Position numbers and translations under genes: made by a program. This document shows positions 38,055-46,643 of a DNA stretch of 57,350 nucleotides, piece after piece. Source of the stretch: an uncultured Pseudomonadales bacterium (GTDB lineage Bacteria; Patescibacteriota; Microgenomatia; UBA1400; MFAQ01); NCBI GenBank assembly GCA_964429015.1, contig CAYSAM010000004.1:1-57350 (forward strand), in the 5' to 3' direction. The notes beneath the pieces were generated by a model, which had not been told where the DNA came from, did not search any database, and worked only from the letters and a program-made list of their open reading frames with translations. The stretch's first letter is position 1. Every line of letters begins with the position of its first letter.

Positions 38055-39097
38055 AGATCTCCAGAATTTATTCTATCAACGACTTGGTTAACTAAACTAG
38101 TTTTATTTTTTTTGCTAACAAGTATTCCGTTTTTGGACTCTATAACCACCACATCCTCTAAACCAATTGTAGCTATGGTCTTCCCAGTCTCACTCCACAA
38201 AAAGTTGTTATCACCGTCAATTTGAATATCACCTCCAGTGCCAGGATATATCCTTGTCTTATCATAGTACTTGCCAACAGCTTCCCAAGTTCCAAAATCT
38301 ATCCACTCAAAGTTATTTTCGATAACAAGTGACCTGCCATCTTTGTGTGAAAGCCTAGTAACAACTTCAATTTGATCCTTTGGCATTTTTATAAACTCAG
38401 TTTCTACATCTGCCCCAGTTGCTATTGCAACAAGCGGATCGTACCACTCCTTTCTATACCTCTTAAACATTTCCAGCATTCCGACAGGTGTCATGCTAGA
38501 GTGATTTGTGTGTAGCAAAAGTTTTCCAGAACCCATTAATTCTTTTATTCTGTCTACCTCAGATCTATCTACAAAATCGTCAACTTCAAATATTTTTACT
38601 CCATTTTCTTGTGCGACAAGTTTCCCTTTTAGTAAATAATCAACCCCTCCTTGGTGCCACTTTGGCTCAAAACCACTAGTGACATACTTTCCCGTCGATA
38701 CTATATATTTTTCCGCAATTTTTAAAAATTCAATAAGGGAATCTTCTGGTAATCTTAGGTCATCGGCTTGGATAATCATAAATGGTTCACTTCCCTTTCC
38801 CAGTTTGATTAAGTTTGCAGCCGCCAGACCGTTAGCTGGCCCCTGGTTTCTTGTTTCTGGCTCAATAAAAACATTCTCGGCTACCAACTCTGGAGCTTGA
38901 TGGTGGGCAATTTTAGCCTGAATTGAATTTGTTTGTAAGTAAATTTCCTCTGGTTTAAACCACTTTCTAAGTACTCTCCAGTTGATCTGAAATAAAGATT
39001 CTCCATTTACAAGTGGTAAAAAGTGTTTTGGCATGGCGGGGGTACTCATTGGCCACATTTTTGTTCCTACCCCTCCACAAATTATAACTGGTATCAT
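38051..39097 (-). CDS. manC: Mannose-1-phosphate guanylyltransferase-like nucleotidyltransferase
   Basis: ATG at 39097 (MIPVIICGGVGTKMWPMS, i.e. the GGxGTxxWPxS P-loop) preferred over the GTG-extended 39130 start. 4-nt convergent overlap with the upstream GT4. Confidence 0.78.
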   Translation of the reverse strand: MIPVIICGGVGTKMWPMSTPAMPKHFLPLVNGESLFQINWRVLRKWFKPEEIYLQTNSIQAKIAHHQAPELVAENVFIEPETRNQGPANGLAAANLIKLGKGSEPFMIIQADDLRLPEDSLIEFLKIAEKYIVSTGKYVTSGFEPKWHQGGVDYLLKGKLVAQENGVKIFEVDDFVDRSEVDRIKELMGSGKLLLHTNHSSMTPVGMLEMFKRYRKEWYDPLVAIATGADVETEFIKMPKDQIEVVTRLSHKDGRSLVIENNFEWIDFGTWEAVGKYYDKTRIYPGTGGDIQIDGDNNFLWSETGKTIATIGLEDVVVIESKNGILVSKKNKTSLVNQVVDRINSGDL

Positions 39098-39159
39098 GAT
39101 ATAGATTATAACTAAACTATTACTTGTCACAGTATCACTTGTTGTCTGGTTAAGATAAA

Positions 39160-39822
39160 ATGACCATAACTATGTTTTACGATTCAATCAAAAGACTTAT
39201 CGACATTCTCGCCTCACTCATTCTTGCTATTCTTTTTTTACCAGTCTGGATAATTATTCCCATTATCTTAAAAATAGATTCAAAAGGTCCTCTTTTTTAC
39301 AAACCAGAAAGGGTGGGCAAAAATGGAAAAAAATTTGGAATGTACAAATTTCGCTCCATGAAAATGTTTGAGGTCAACGGTAAAGAGGTGCATGCTACAG
39401 AGTTTTGGAATCATAATCCAGTTCTTTTTGAAAAATACAAAAAAAATGGTTGGAAGTTAGAACTAGACGAAGATCCGAGAATAACAAAACTTGGGAGGGT
39501 CTTAAGGCAGACAAGCATAGATGAAATGCCACAAGTTATAAATGTGCTCAAAGGTGAAATGAGCCTAGTTGGTCCGAGAGCCTATGTGGAACCGGAGCTA
39601 AAAGACGCTATTAAGCGTTATGGTAAAAATGTTGAAAAGCTTATAACAGAAAGTTTAACGGCAAAGCCTGGCATCACAGGACCGTGGCAAGTGTCTGGCC
39701 GTAACGAAATTCCTTGGAATCAACGGGTAGCTATAGATGCTGACTATGCCAAGAGAAAATCTATCATTTACGACATCTATATTATTCTGAAAACCCCATT
39801 TGCTATGATTAGTAAGTGGTAG
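39160..39822 (+). CDS. Small monotopic phosphoglycosyl transferase (bacterial sugar transferase, PglC/WbaP-C-like)
   Basis: 220 aa. KFRSM, DEMPQVINVLKGEMSLVGPRA, PGITGPWQVSGRN. Confidence 0.9.
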   Translation: MTITMFYDSIKRLIDILASLILAILFLPVWIIIPIILKIDSKGPLFYKPERVGKNGKKFGMYKFRSMKMFEVNGKEVHATEFWNHNPVLFEKYKKNGWKLELDEDPRITKLGRVLRQTSIDEMPQVINVLKGEMSLVGPRAYVEPELKDAIKRYGKNVEKLITESLTAKPGITGPWQVSGRNEIPWNQRVAIDADYAKRKSIIYDIYIILKTPFAMISKW

Positions 39823-39842
39823 ATCTATTTAACAAACAAAAA

Positions 39843-41702
39843 ATGATGAAAAAAATCCTATACATACTTTTGCCTTTACTAATCATAATCTTGGTTGTTG
39901 GCGCTGGTGCCTTGTATGCCTATACAGCAGCAAAATCTTTTTTGCCAAACACTAACGCGCTTATGCAAACCGCTGATGAGTTAAAAGTTGCTTTTCAAAG
40001 TCAAGACTTAATACTTTCAAAAACCAAAACAGAGCAACTAGCTAAGGAAGTTGCTGAGTTAAACACTAAATACCAAAAATATTCCTGGGTCAGTAAACTA
40101 CCACTAGTGGGAAGTTATGCAAGAGATGGTCAATCAGCGATAAACGCTTCTAGTTATCTAGTTAAATCTTTAGACACTCTTATTGTTTCTGTTGAGCCAT
40201 ATGCAGACCTTTTAGGTTTTGTTACAAGTGCCACCACAGAAGGAAAGATAAAAGCCACTCAACCTCAAACAATTGAAGATCGCATTATTTTTATGGCTCA
40301 AACCTTGGATAAAATTAGCCCTGATCTCGATAGAGTTGGTGCTGACATGGAGCTAGCTCAAAAAGAATTAGCTAAAATCGACGCCAATAGGTATCCAGAA
40401 TCAATAAAAGGAAAAGCTGTAAGAAGTAAAATAGTAAGTCTAAAATCTACTGTTTCCGAGTCTGCAACCCTACTCTCACAAGCCAAACCACTAATAAAAC
40501 TTTTTCCTGAACTCTTAGGTAATCCAAATTCAAAAACCTATATGGTCCTTTTGCAAAATGATGCTGAGTTGCGTGCCACTGGTGGCTTTATGACTGCTTA
40601 TGCATTTCTAAGAGTAACAAAAGGAAAGATAGAGCCATTAGCTTCTTATAACATATACGACCTAGACGACAGATTCAAGAAAAAAGTCCCAGCCCCAGAA
40701 CCAATTAAAAAATACTTGAACGAAAACTACTTAAATTTAAGAAATGTAAACTTGTCTCCTGACTACAAGGTTTCAATGGATGAGTTCTATAAATACTATC
40801 GAGAAATTCCTGGTATGCCCAAAATTGATGGCATAGTTGCTATAGATACCAAGTTTCCAGTCGAAATTCTCAAGATAATCGGCCCCATTGGTGTTGGTGG
40901 TTGGGGTAACTTTGGCCCACAAATAGACAAGAGATGTGACTGTCCCCAGGTTGTTTATGCTTTGGAAGACATGATCACCAAACCAGTCGCGGGTATCAGA
41001 CCAGATCGCAAAGCAGTCTTGGGACCCCTAATGCACTCTATGATGGCCAACGCCATGGGAAGTCCAAAACATACCTGGCCCAAGCTTCTAAATGTCGCCT
41101 TGAGTGCAATAAAAGAAAAGCATTTACTTTTCTACTTTATGGAAGACAAGTCACAACTTATTGCTGAAGACTTCAATGCTGCAGGTAGAATCAAAGATTA
41201 TGCCGGAGACTATCTTCACATAAGTGACTCTAACTTCGGTGGAGCAAAGTCTGACATGTTTATAACTCGCGAAGTCGAACAAGAAATAACCACCGAGAAT
41301 GGCACCGTAACAAAAACAGTATCCATTTCCTACAATAATCCCAGAAAAGGCGACAACTGTAACCTAGAGGCGGGACAGCTATGTCTAAATGGTATTTATA
41401 GGGACTATGTCAGACTTTATGTTCCAAAGGGGTCTAAACTTCTTTCAGTTGTCGGATCAGAAGTGAAAGAGCAAGTAAGTGAGGACTTGGGAAAAACGGT
41501 TTTTGAAAGCTTCTTTACCATGAGGCCACAATCTCAAAGCAAAATAGTTTTTAAATACCAACTACCAAATTTAGATCTTTCTACTTACAAGTTCTTAATC
41601 CAAAAACAACCAGGCCTACCAACCATAAAACACACCATTATTTATAATGGCAGTCAAACTGTAGTTAACTTAAGTGAGGATAAAGAGGTTGTCTTAAATT
41701 AA
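39843..41702 (+). CDS. DUF4012 domain-containing exported protein
   Basis: ATG at 39843 preferred over GTG at 39816. N-terminal TM. YMVLLQNDAELRATGGFMTAYAF is the hallmark DUF4012 motif. Confidence 0.8.
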   Translation: MMKKILYILLPLLIIILVVGAGALYAYTAAKSFLPNTNALMQTADELKVAFQSQDLILSKTKTEQLAKEVAELNTKYQKYSWVSKLPLVGSYARDGQSAINASSYLVKSLDTLIVSVEPYADLLGFVTSATTEGKIKATQPQTIEDRIIFMAQTLDKISPDLDRVGADMELAQKELAKIDANRYPESIKGKAVRSKIVSLKSTVSESATLLSQAKPLIKLFPELLGNPNSKTYMVLLQNDAELRATGGFMTAYAFLRVTKGKIEPLASYNIYDLDDRFKKKVPAPEPIKKYLNENYLNLRNVNLSPDYKVSMDEFYKYYREIPGMPKIDGIVAIDTKFPVEILKIIGPIGVGGWGNFGPQIDKRCDCPQVVYALEDMITKPVAGIRPDRKAVLGPLMHSMMANAMGSPKHTWPKLLNVALSAIKEKHLLFYFMEDKSQLIAEDFNAAGRIKDYAGDYLHISDSNFGGAKSDMFITREVEQEITTENGTVTKTVSISYNNPRKGDNCNLEAGQLCLNGIYRDYVRLYVPKGSKLLSVVGSEVKEQVSEDLGKTVFESFFTMRPQSQSKIVFKYQLPNLDLSTYKFLIQKQPGLPTIKHTIIYNGSQTVVNLSEDKEVVLN

Positions 41703-42238
41703 TGCGCAATCGGTATAACGACACAGGAATAATAATAAAAACGGCTGATTATGGAGAATCTGACAAGATCATATCCATAATCAGTTTGGAACATGGCCTG
41801 GTTCACTATTTTGCTGTTGGTGCTCGTTCTGCCCGCTCCAAAAAGTCGGCTCACTTGGATCTTGCCAGCATAATTAAGTATGAGGCAAGTAATAACCACA
41901 ACCAGAACTATTTGGTGCAGGCTGATACTATTAACAGCTTTCAAGGGATCAAAGATAATTTAAAAAAAATTAGTCTGACATTTTCTTTTTTGGAAATTGT
42001 TTATCATTTGTTGCCGGCAGAGCAAGAGGATAAAGAGATGTTTGATTCTTTAAAAAACTTTTTAACTTCACTGGACCTAAGCCACAGTCCCTTAAATGAC
42101 AAAAAAATGGCTTCCAAGTTTGGACAATACCTATTAAGACATCTCGGTTATCCACCAGTGCCTCACGAAAAAATTAGTCTAAGTGATTATTTTGAAACTC
42201 TTATGAACCGGAAAATAATTAGCAAAGAAATACTTTAA
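41702..42238 (+). CDS. recO: DNA repair protein RecO (short form)
   Basis: GIIIKTADYGESDKIISIISLEHGLVHYFAVGARSARSKK (OB-fold N-terminus of RecO). TAATG overlap upstream. Confidence 0.8.
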   Translation: MRNRYNDTGIIIKTADYGESDKIISIISLEHGLVHYFAVGARSARSKKSAHLDLASIIKYEASNNHNQNYLVQADTINSFQGIKDNLKKISLTFSFLEIVYHLLPAEQEDKEMFDSLKNFLTSLDLSHSPLNDKKMASKFGQYLLRHLGYPPVPHEKISLSDYFETLMNRKIISKEIL

Positions 42239-42247
42239 TGAGTTAAA

Positions 42248-43096
42248 ATGAATTATTCTATGAACATAAAAAAAGTTATTCCAATTCTAATATTTAGTTT
42301 TTTACTTGCTGGGTGTGGTGCAAAAACCACCGGCACAGATACCAAAAAGAACAACACGGTGGGGAGTAAAATTCTCATTAACGAGCTGCCTTTAAAGGAT
42401 AAACCTTTTATAACCCTAGTTCCTCACACCACCAATAAACTTTTTACTTTTGTGGGCTTAAATATTGATAAGGCACAAGAGTCAACCTTAGATCTAGAGT
42501 ATCAATCTGGAGATTTGTTAAAGGGGGTGAAAGCAAACATCGACTCACCAATCCCCAAAAGCTACATTAAAGCCATAATCTTGGGAAGTTGTTCTACTGG
42601 CGGTAAATGTTCTTTTGATAAAGATCTAAAAACGGGAACCACTAAGCTCCGCCTAAAGCTTCCTGGAGTTTCAGAAATTCACTTGCTAAAAGGTGACTTC
42701 ACTTTTACCCTCGGTCAACCATCCCTACCTGATGGTAAGGTTTCTTTTGTTCCCGCAAAGTCTACTGCAAAAGAAAACTTAATTCTTATGAACTCTTTTG
42801 GCTTGCCAAAACCAACAGATAAAGAAGTTATGCTTTATCCTGTTGTTTTCTCTTCAACAAGTGACAAGCCGGTTGTGGGTGAAATTTCTTTGGCTCAATC
42901 TGGAGCTACCTCTGCCTTAATTTACGATGGCGTGGATTATCAGCCTTTAAAGACATCTGTTAAAGACGGAAAAATTATTGCTGATTTAAATCAAAAGCCT
43001 TGGTCGATGTCCGCTGAAATTGTTCGCGACGACGAAAAGGGGAGTAAGGAATCACTCAACCTCTACCTTGTCGGCCCCATCATCCTCATAAAATAA
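42248..43096 (+). CDS. Lipoprotein of unknown function
   Basis: Signal peptide with lipobox FSFLLAGC. No recognisable domain. Confidence 0.7.
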   Translation: MNYSMNIKKVIPILIFSFLLAGCGAKTTGTDTKKNNTVGSKILINELPLKDKPFITLVPHTTNKLFTFVGLNIDKAQESTLDLEYQSGDLLKGVKANIDSPIPKSYIKAIILGSCSTGGKCSFDKDLKTGTTKLRLKLPGVSEIHLLKGDFTFTLGQPSLPDGKVSFVPAKSTAKENLILMNSFGLPKPTDKEVMLYPVVFSSTSDKPVVGEISLAQSGATSALIYDGVDYQPLKTSVKDGKIIADLNQKPWSMSAEIVRDDEKGSKESLNLYLVGPIILIK

Positions 43097-43123
43097 ATCG
43101 ACTTCAAAAAATCTTTAGTTTTT

Positions 43124-43150
43124 AAACTGGCTTTAAAACCAGTCTTTTTG
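43124..43150 (+). terminator. Weak rho-independent terminator candidate
   Basis: AAACTGG-ctttaaaa-CCAGTCT followed by TTTT. Short, imperfect stem. Confidence 0.4.
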
Positions 43151-43209
43151 CATAAACAACATCCAATAATAATGTTTTTTTAATTATGTTTTTGTGCGCA
43201 ATCTCCCTG

Positions 43210-43238
43210 TTGACATCAACTATAATAAGTTGCATACT
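43210..43238 (+). promoter_or_regulatory. Candidate dcw promoter (TTGACA-N17-CATACT)
   Basis: Perfect -35 at 43210-43215. -10 with 4/6 match at 43233-38. Confidence 0.45.
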
Positions 43239-43243
43239 AAAAA

Positions 43244-43260
43244 GTGGTGACAGGTGGTGA
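43244..43260 (+). promoter_or_regulatory. Candidate MraZ operator: two GTGGTGA direct repeats with 10-bp period
   Basis: GTGGTGA at 43244-43250 and 43254-43260, about 36 nt upstream of the mraZ ATG. Confidence 0.45.
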
Positions 43261-43295
43261 AATATCTTATAACCACTAAAACCAAGCTATGAACT

Positions 43296-43724
43296 ATGTT
43301 TATTGGACATTATTACCACTCAATCGAAGCCAAGGGGAGATTGGCAATTCCTTCTCAATTCAGGGAGGAACTTCTGTCCGGTGGCGTTCTCACTTGGGGG
43401 CTAGACGGCTGCCTATTTCTTTTCCCCGCCTCATATTGGCAGAAGTTCTCCGAAAAGCTGGCCTCACTTTCTCTGACAAATCAAACCGCTCGAAATTTAA
43501 CTCGTCTTTTGGTTCAGTCTGCTTCAGATCTCAATCTCGACAGCCAAGGAAGAACTCTTATCCCCGAACATCTCAGAAAGCAAGCCAATCTAAAAAAGAA
43601 GGTGGTAGTGGCCGGATCCCTGAATCGAATTGAGATTTGGGATCAAGACATGTATCATCAGCACCTTGAGTTAATATCGCAAACAATAAATCAAAGCCCA
43701 GATTTGATAAACCTAGATTTATGA
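43296..43724 (+). CDS. mraZ: Transcriptional regulator MraZ
   Basis: MFIGHYYHSIEAKGRLAIPSQFR...GRTLIPEHLR (two SpoVT-AbrB-like repeats). Confidence 0.92.
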   Translation: MFIGHYYHSIEAKGRLAIPSQFREELLSGGVLTWGLDGCLFLFPASYWQKFSEKLASLSLTNQTARNLTRLLVQSASDLNLDSQGRTLIPEHLRKQANLKKKVVVAGSLNRIEIWDQDMYHQHLELISQTINQSPDLINLDL

Positions 43725-44659
43725 ACAACAATACCGAAAGACATTTCTCCGCTTACAAAGGTGAAGTCACCAAGCATTTTCAGCTAAAAAGAGGTCAGCG
43801 ATTTTTAGACCTAACTTTGGGAGATGGTGGGCACACCGAAGAGGCTCTTCTCCTTGGTTGCCAGGTTGTTTCCTTCGATGTAGATTCTGAATCAATAGCT
43901 AGAGCAACAAATTTCTTAAAAAATATTTGTACTCCGGTTTTAATAACCGATTATCAAAGCGAAAACGAAAACTCCTTAAGTAGCGCTCAATGGGTAATTG
44001 TCCAAACAAATTTTGTAAACGTTTCAGAGGCAATAAAAAAGCTTGGACTAGATAACTTTGACGCCATCATGGTGGACCTTGGACCATCTCAGTATCAAGT
44101 ACTATCTGAAGATAGAGGCTTTAGTTTTAATTCAAATAGCGAGCTAGACATGAGAATTGATAAAAACTTGGGAGTAACTGCCAAGGATTTGGTAAATGCT
44201 CTAAATGAAGGTGAACTACGTCGTCTGTTTGAACTAGGTGATGAACCTTATGCCCAGGTTATTGCCAGAATCATTGCCGAACAAAGAAAAATTGCCCCCA
44301 TTGTTACTTGCAAGCAGCTAGCTGATATCGTTTCTAGAGTAAAACACAAAACCCATTCTGCTATTCATCCAGCTACACAAGTTTTTATGACTTTAAGAAT
44401 GGCCGTTAATCTAGAAAGAGAAAATATTTCATTATTGATTCAACAACTGCCAAGTCTACTAAGAGAAAATGGCGTTTTTGGAATTATAACTTTCCACTCT
44501 TCAGAGGACAGACTTGTTAAGCAAGAAATTCAGGCTTTAGAAGAAAAAAATATTGTTTCCGTTATTAATAAAAAACCAATCGAGCCATCGATTGAAGAAT
44601 TAAAAATTAGTCCTCGTACCAGAAGTGCCAAACTACGACTTGTTAAAAAACAAAATTAA
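43721..44659 (+). CDS. rsmH: 16S rRNA (cytosine1402-N4)-methyltransferase RsmH
   Basis: FLDLTLGDGGHTE, MVDLGPSQYQ, ITFHSSEDRLVK, RSAKLR. Confidence 0.9.
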   Translation: MNNNTERHFSAYKGEVTKHFQLKRGQRFLDLTLGDGGHTEEALLLGCQVVSFDVDSESIARATNFLKNICTPVLITDYQSENENSLSSAQWVIVQTNFVNVSEAIKKLGLDNFDAIMVDLGPSQYQVLSEDRGFSFNSNSELDMRIDKNLGVTAKDLVNALNEGELRRLFELGDEPYAQVIARIIAEQRKIAPIVTCKQLADIVSRVKHKTHSAIHPATQVFMTLRMAVNLERENISLLIQQLPSLLRENGVFGIITFHSSEDRLVKQEIQALEEKNIVSVINKKPIEPSIEELKISPRTRSAKLRLVKKQN

Positions 44660-44933
44660 TATCAAAAAAGTAACCATTGTAAGTTTGGTAGTCCTTTTTG
44701 CTACTGCTACTGCAAACTTGGTTGCCACCAATATCTTGTCTACTTTAGGAATGGAGGTAAACCAAACTGAAATAAAGGTCCTAAGTACCGAAAAAGAAAA
44801 TCAATCCTTACAGGTAAAAATAGAAGAAGAGTCCAAGTTGGGTGACTTGGAAAAAATCGCTTCCGAAAGAGGTTATGTTAGAACTAGTAATATAGTTTTC
44901 GTTCCCACACCTGCCACAGTTGCTTTAAGATAG
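44625..44933 (+). CDS. ftsL: Cell division protein FtsL-like (single TM + coiled coil)
   Basis: 102 aa, GTG start (uncertain). One TM, then KENQSLQVKIEEESKLGDLEKIASERGYV. Canonical position between rsmH and ftsI. Confidence 0.55.
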   Translation: MPNYDLLKNKINIKKVTIVSLVVLFATATANLVATNILSTLGMEVNQTEIKVLSTEKENQSLQVKIEEESKLGDLEKIASERGYVRTSNIVFVPTPATVALR

Positions 44934-44937
44934 TCTA

Positions 44938-46617
44938 ATGCCCGCCAGTTCTGACAACTTAACTACCACAAGACTCCAAACAGCTCTGTTTCTGGTACCC
45001 TTTATTTTTTTAGTACTGATATCTAGGCTTTATTACTGGCAAATAATTCGCGGCCCAGAAATGAAAGCAAAAGCTAGTCGGCAACACGAAACAGTAACCA
45101 CTTTAATAGCCAAAAGGGGTAATATTCTAGATTCGGAAGGAAATGTCCTTGCGGGTAGTAAAAATTTATATCACCTTTTCCTATACAAACCACAGCTAGA
45201 AATCTCAGATGCAGATCTGATTTCAAAACTAACAGGCGTTATTAAGCCCTCGCCTCAAGCCTCTACCGAAAGTGAAATAAGAGACCTCTTAACAAATCGT
45301 ATCGGTTTAAAATCAAACTGGATTTCCCTGAAACATTTTCTCTCAGCAGAAGAAAAAAGTGCCATCGAAAGCCAGAAGGTGTTGGGTTTAGGTTTTGAAG
45401 ATGAGTTTGTAAGATTTTATCCCGAGTCTAGCATGTCAGCTCATGTACTTGGTTTTGTCGGTCAAGATATGGCAGGTCAAGAGCAAGGCTACTTTGGCTT
45501 GGAGGGGTATTACGATCGCTGGTTGAAGGGTAGAGAAGGGAAAATCAGAACAGAGCGCGATGCGGCTGGTAACCCAATCCTAATTGGTAATTATCAGTTC
45601 TATCACGCAACTGAAGGCAAATCTGTACAAACTACACTAGATAAAAGAATTCAATTTATAACTGAAAAACTACTAAAAGAGGGTATCGAAAAATATCAAG
45701 CTGCTGCCGGCAACGTCACCATCTTAGAAACTTCAACTGGAAAGGTAAGAGCTATGGCTTCCTTTCCTAACTACGACCCCAACCATTTTTCAGACTTCCC
45801 CGGTAGTTACTACAAAAATCCAATTGTGGGGGACTTGTTTGAACCAGGATCTATTTTTAAGGTTTTGGTTATGGCGGCGGGGTTTAATGAAAAGGCGGTA
45901 ACTCCTCAAACAGAATGTGACATTTGCTCTGGCCCTGTTTTAATCGGTAAATATAGTATTAGAACTTGGGATGAAACCTATAGAGCAAACTCTTCAATGA
46001 CAGATGTAATTATTCACTCAGATAATACTGGTATGGTTTTTGTCGCCCGCAAACTAGGAGGAGATGTTTTTGCCAAGTATTTAAAGTCCTACGGATTTGG
46101 TCAAAAAACAGGCATTCAATTGCAAGACGAAGTTTCTGGAAACATAGTTAGCCCGGGCGAAAATTATAAAGAAATTGATTTAGCAACTAACTCTTTTGGC
46201 CAAGGTATTGCTGTAACACCAATACAAATGGTTGCCGCTGTTAATACTATTGCCAATAATGGGCATTACATAAAACCAACACTGGTAGAAAATGAGGTAA
46301 ATACAAAAGTAAAAGTTCTAGAGCCAGAAGCGGTTAGTAGTATTACTACCGTAATGAAGCTGGCTGTAGAAGAAGGTGAAGCAAAGTGGTCTAAGCCCAA
46401 AAGCTTGTCTGTAGCCGGCAAAACAGGCACCGCCCAAATTCCCATTGAAGGCCATTACGATCCAGACAAAACTATTGCTAGTTTCGTTGGTTTTTTCCCC
46501 GCAGAAGATCCGAAGTACACCATGCTTGTTTCGCTAAGAGAGCCAAAAACCTCAATTTGGGGTTCCGAGACTGCTGCTCCACTCTGGTTTGCTATTGCCA
46601 AACAACTTTTGCTATAA
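44938..46617 (+). CDS. ftsI: Penicillin-binding protein, class B transpeptidase (FtsI/PBP2-type)
   Basis: SxxK (GSIFK), SxN (HSDN) and KTGT motifs. N-terminal TM. Confidence 0.9.
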   Translation: MPASSDNLTTTRLQTALFLVPFIFLVLISRLYYWQIIRGPEMKAKASRQHETVTTLIAKRGNILDSEGNVLAGSKNLYHLFLYKPQLEISDADLISKLTGVIKPSPQASTESEIRDLLTNRIGLKSNWISLKHFLSAEEKSAIESQKVLGLGFEDEFVRFYPESSMSAHVLGFVGQDMAGQEQGYFGLEGYYDRWLKGREGKIRTERDAAGNPILIGNYQFYHATEGKSVQTTLDKRIQFITEKLLKEGIEKYQAAAGNVTILETSTGKVRAMASFPNYDPNHFSDFPGSYYKNPIVGDLFEPGSIFKVLVMAAGFNEKAVTPQTECDICSGPVLIGKYSIRTWDETYRANSSMTDVIIHSDNTGMVFVARKLGGDVFAKYLKSYGFGQKTGIQLQDEVSGNIVSPGENYKEIDLATNSFGQGIAVTPIQMVAAVNTIANNGHYIKPTLVENEVNTKVKVLEPEAVSSITTVMKLAVEEGEAKWSKPKSLSVAGKTGTAQIPIEGHYDPDKTIASFVGFFPAEDPKYTMLVSLREPKTSIWGSETAAPLWFAIAKQLLL

Positions 46618-46643
46618 AGGTCAAAAGAAGCTAAAATCAAAAC

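Noticed and set aside
1754-39842. TTG/GTG-extended starts in the ORF track (1754, 9000, 9817, 12619, 29514, 39816, and 39130 on the minus strand).
   Set aside because: In each case an in-frame ATG lies further in, at or just after the upstream stop (often an ATGA overlap), and the conserved N-terminal motif begins there. I trimmed these, but the true starts remain unverified.
1-41702. The glycan cluster as a horizontally acquired genomic island.
   Set aside because: There is no integrase, transposase, tRNA or flanking direct repeats. By eye there is no compositional break relative to the dcw region. It looks like core genome, which only whole-genome comparison could confirm.
43197-43207. GCGCAATCTCC just upstream of the dcw -35 box, as another remnant of the palindromic element.
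   Set aside because: Only an 11-nt match to the inner repeat, with no partner arm. That is indistinguishable from chance.
43289-43633. 114-aa alternative-frame ORF overlapping mraZ.
   Set aside because: The +1-shifted frame encodes a textbook MraZ. The alternative product is Arg/Ser-rich with no features.
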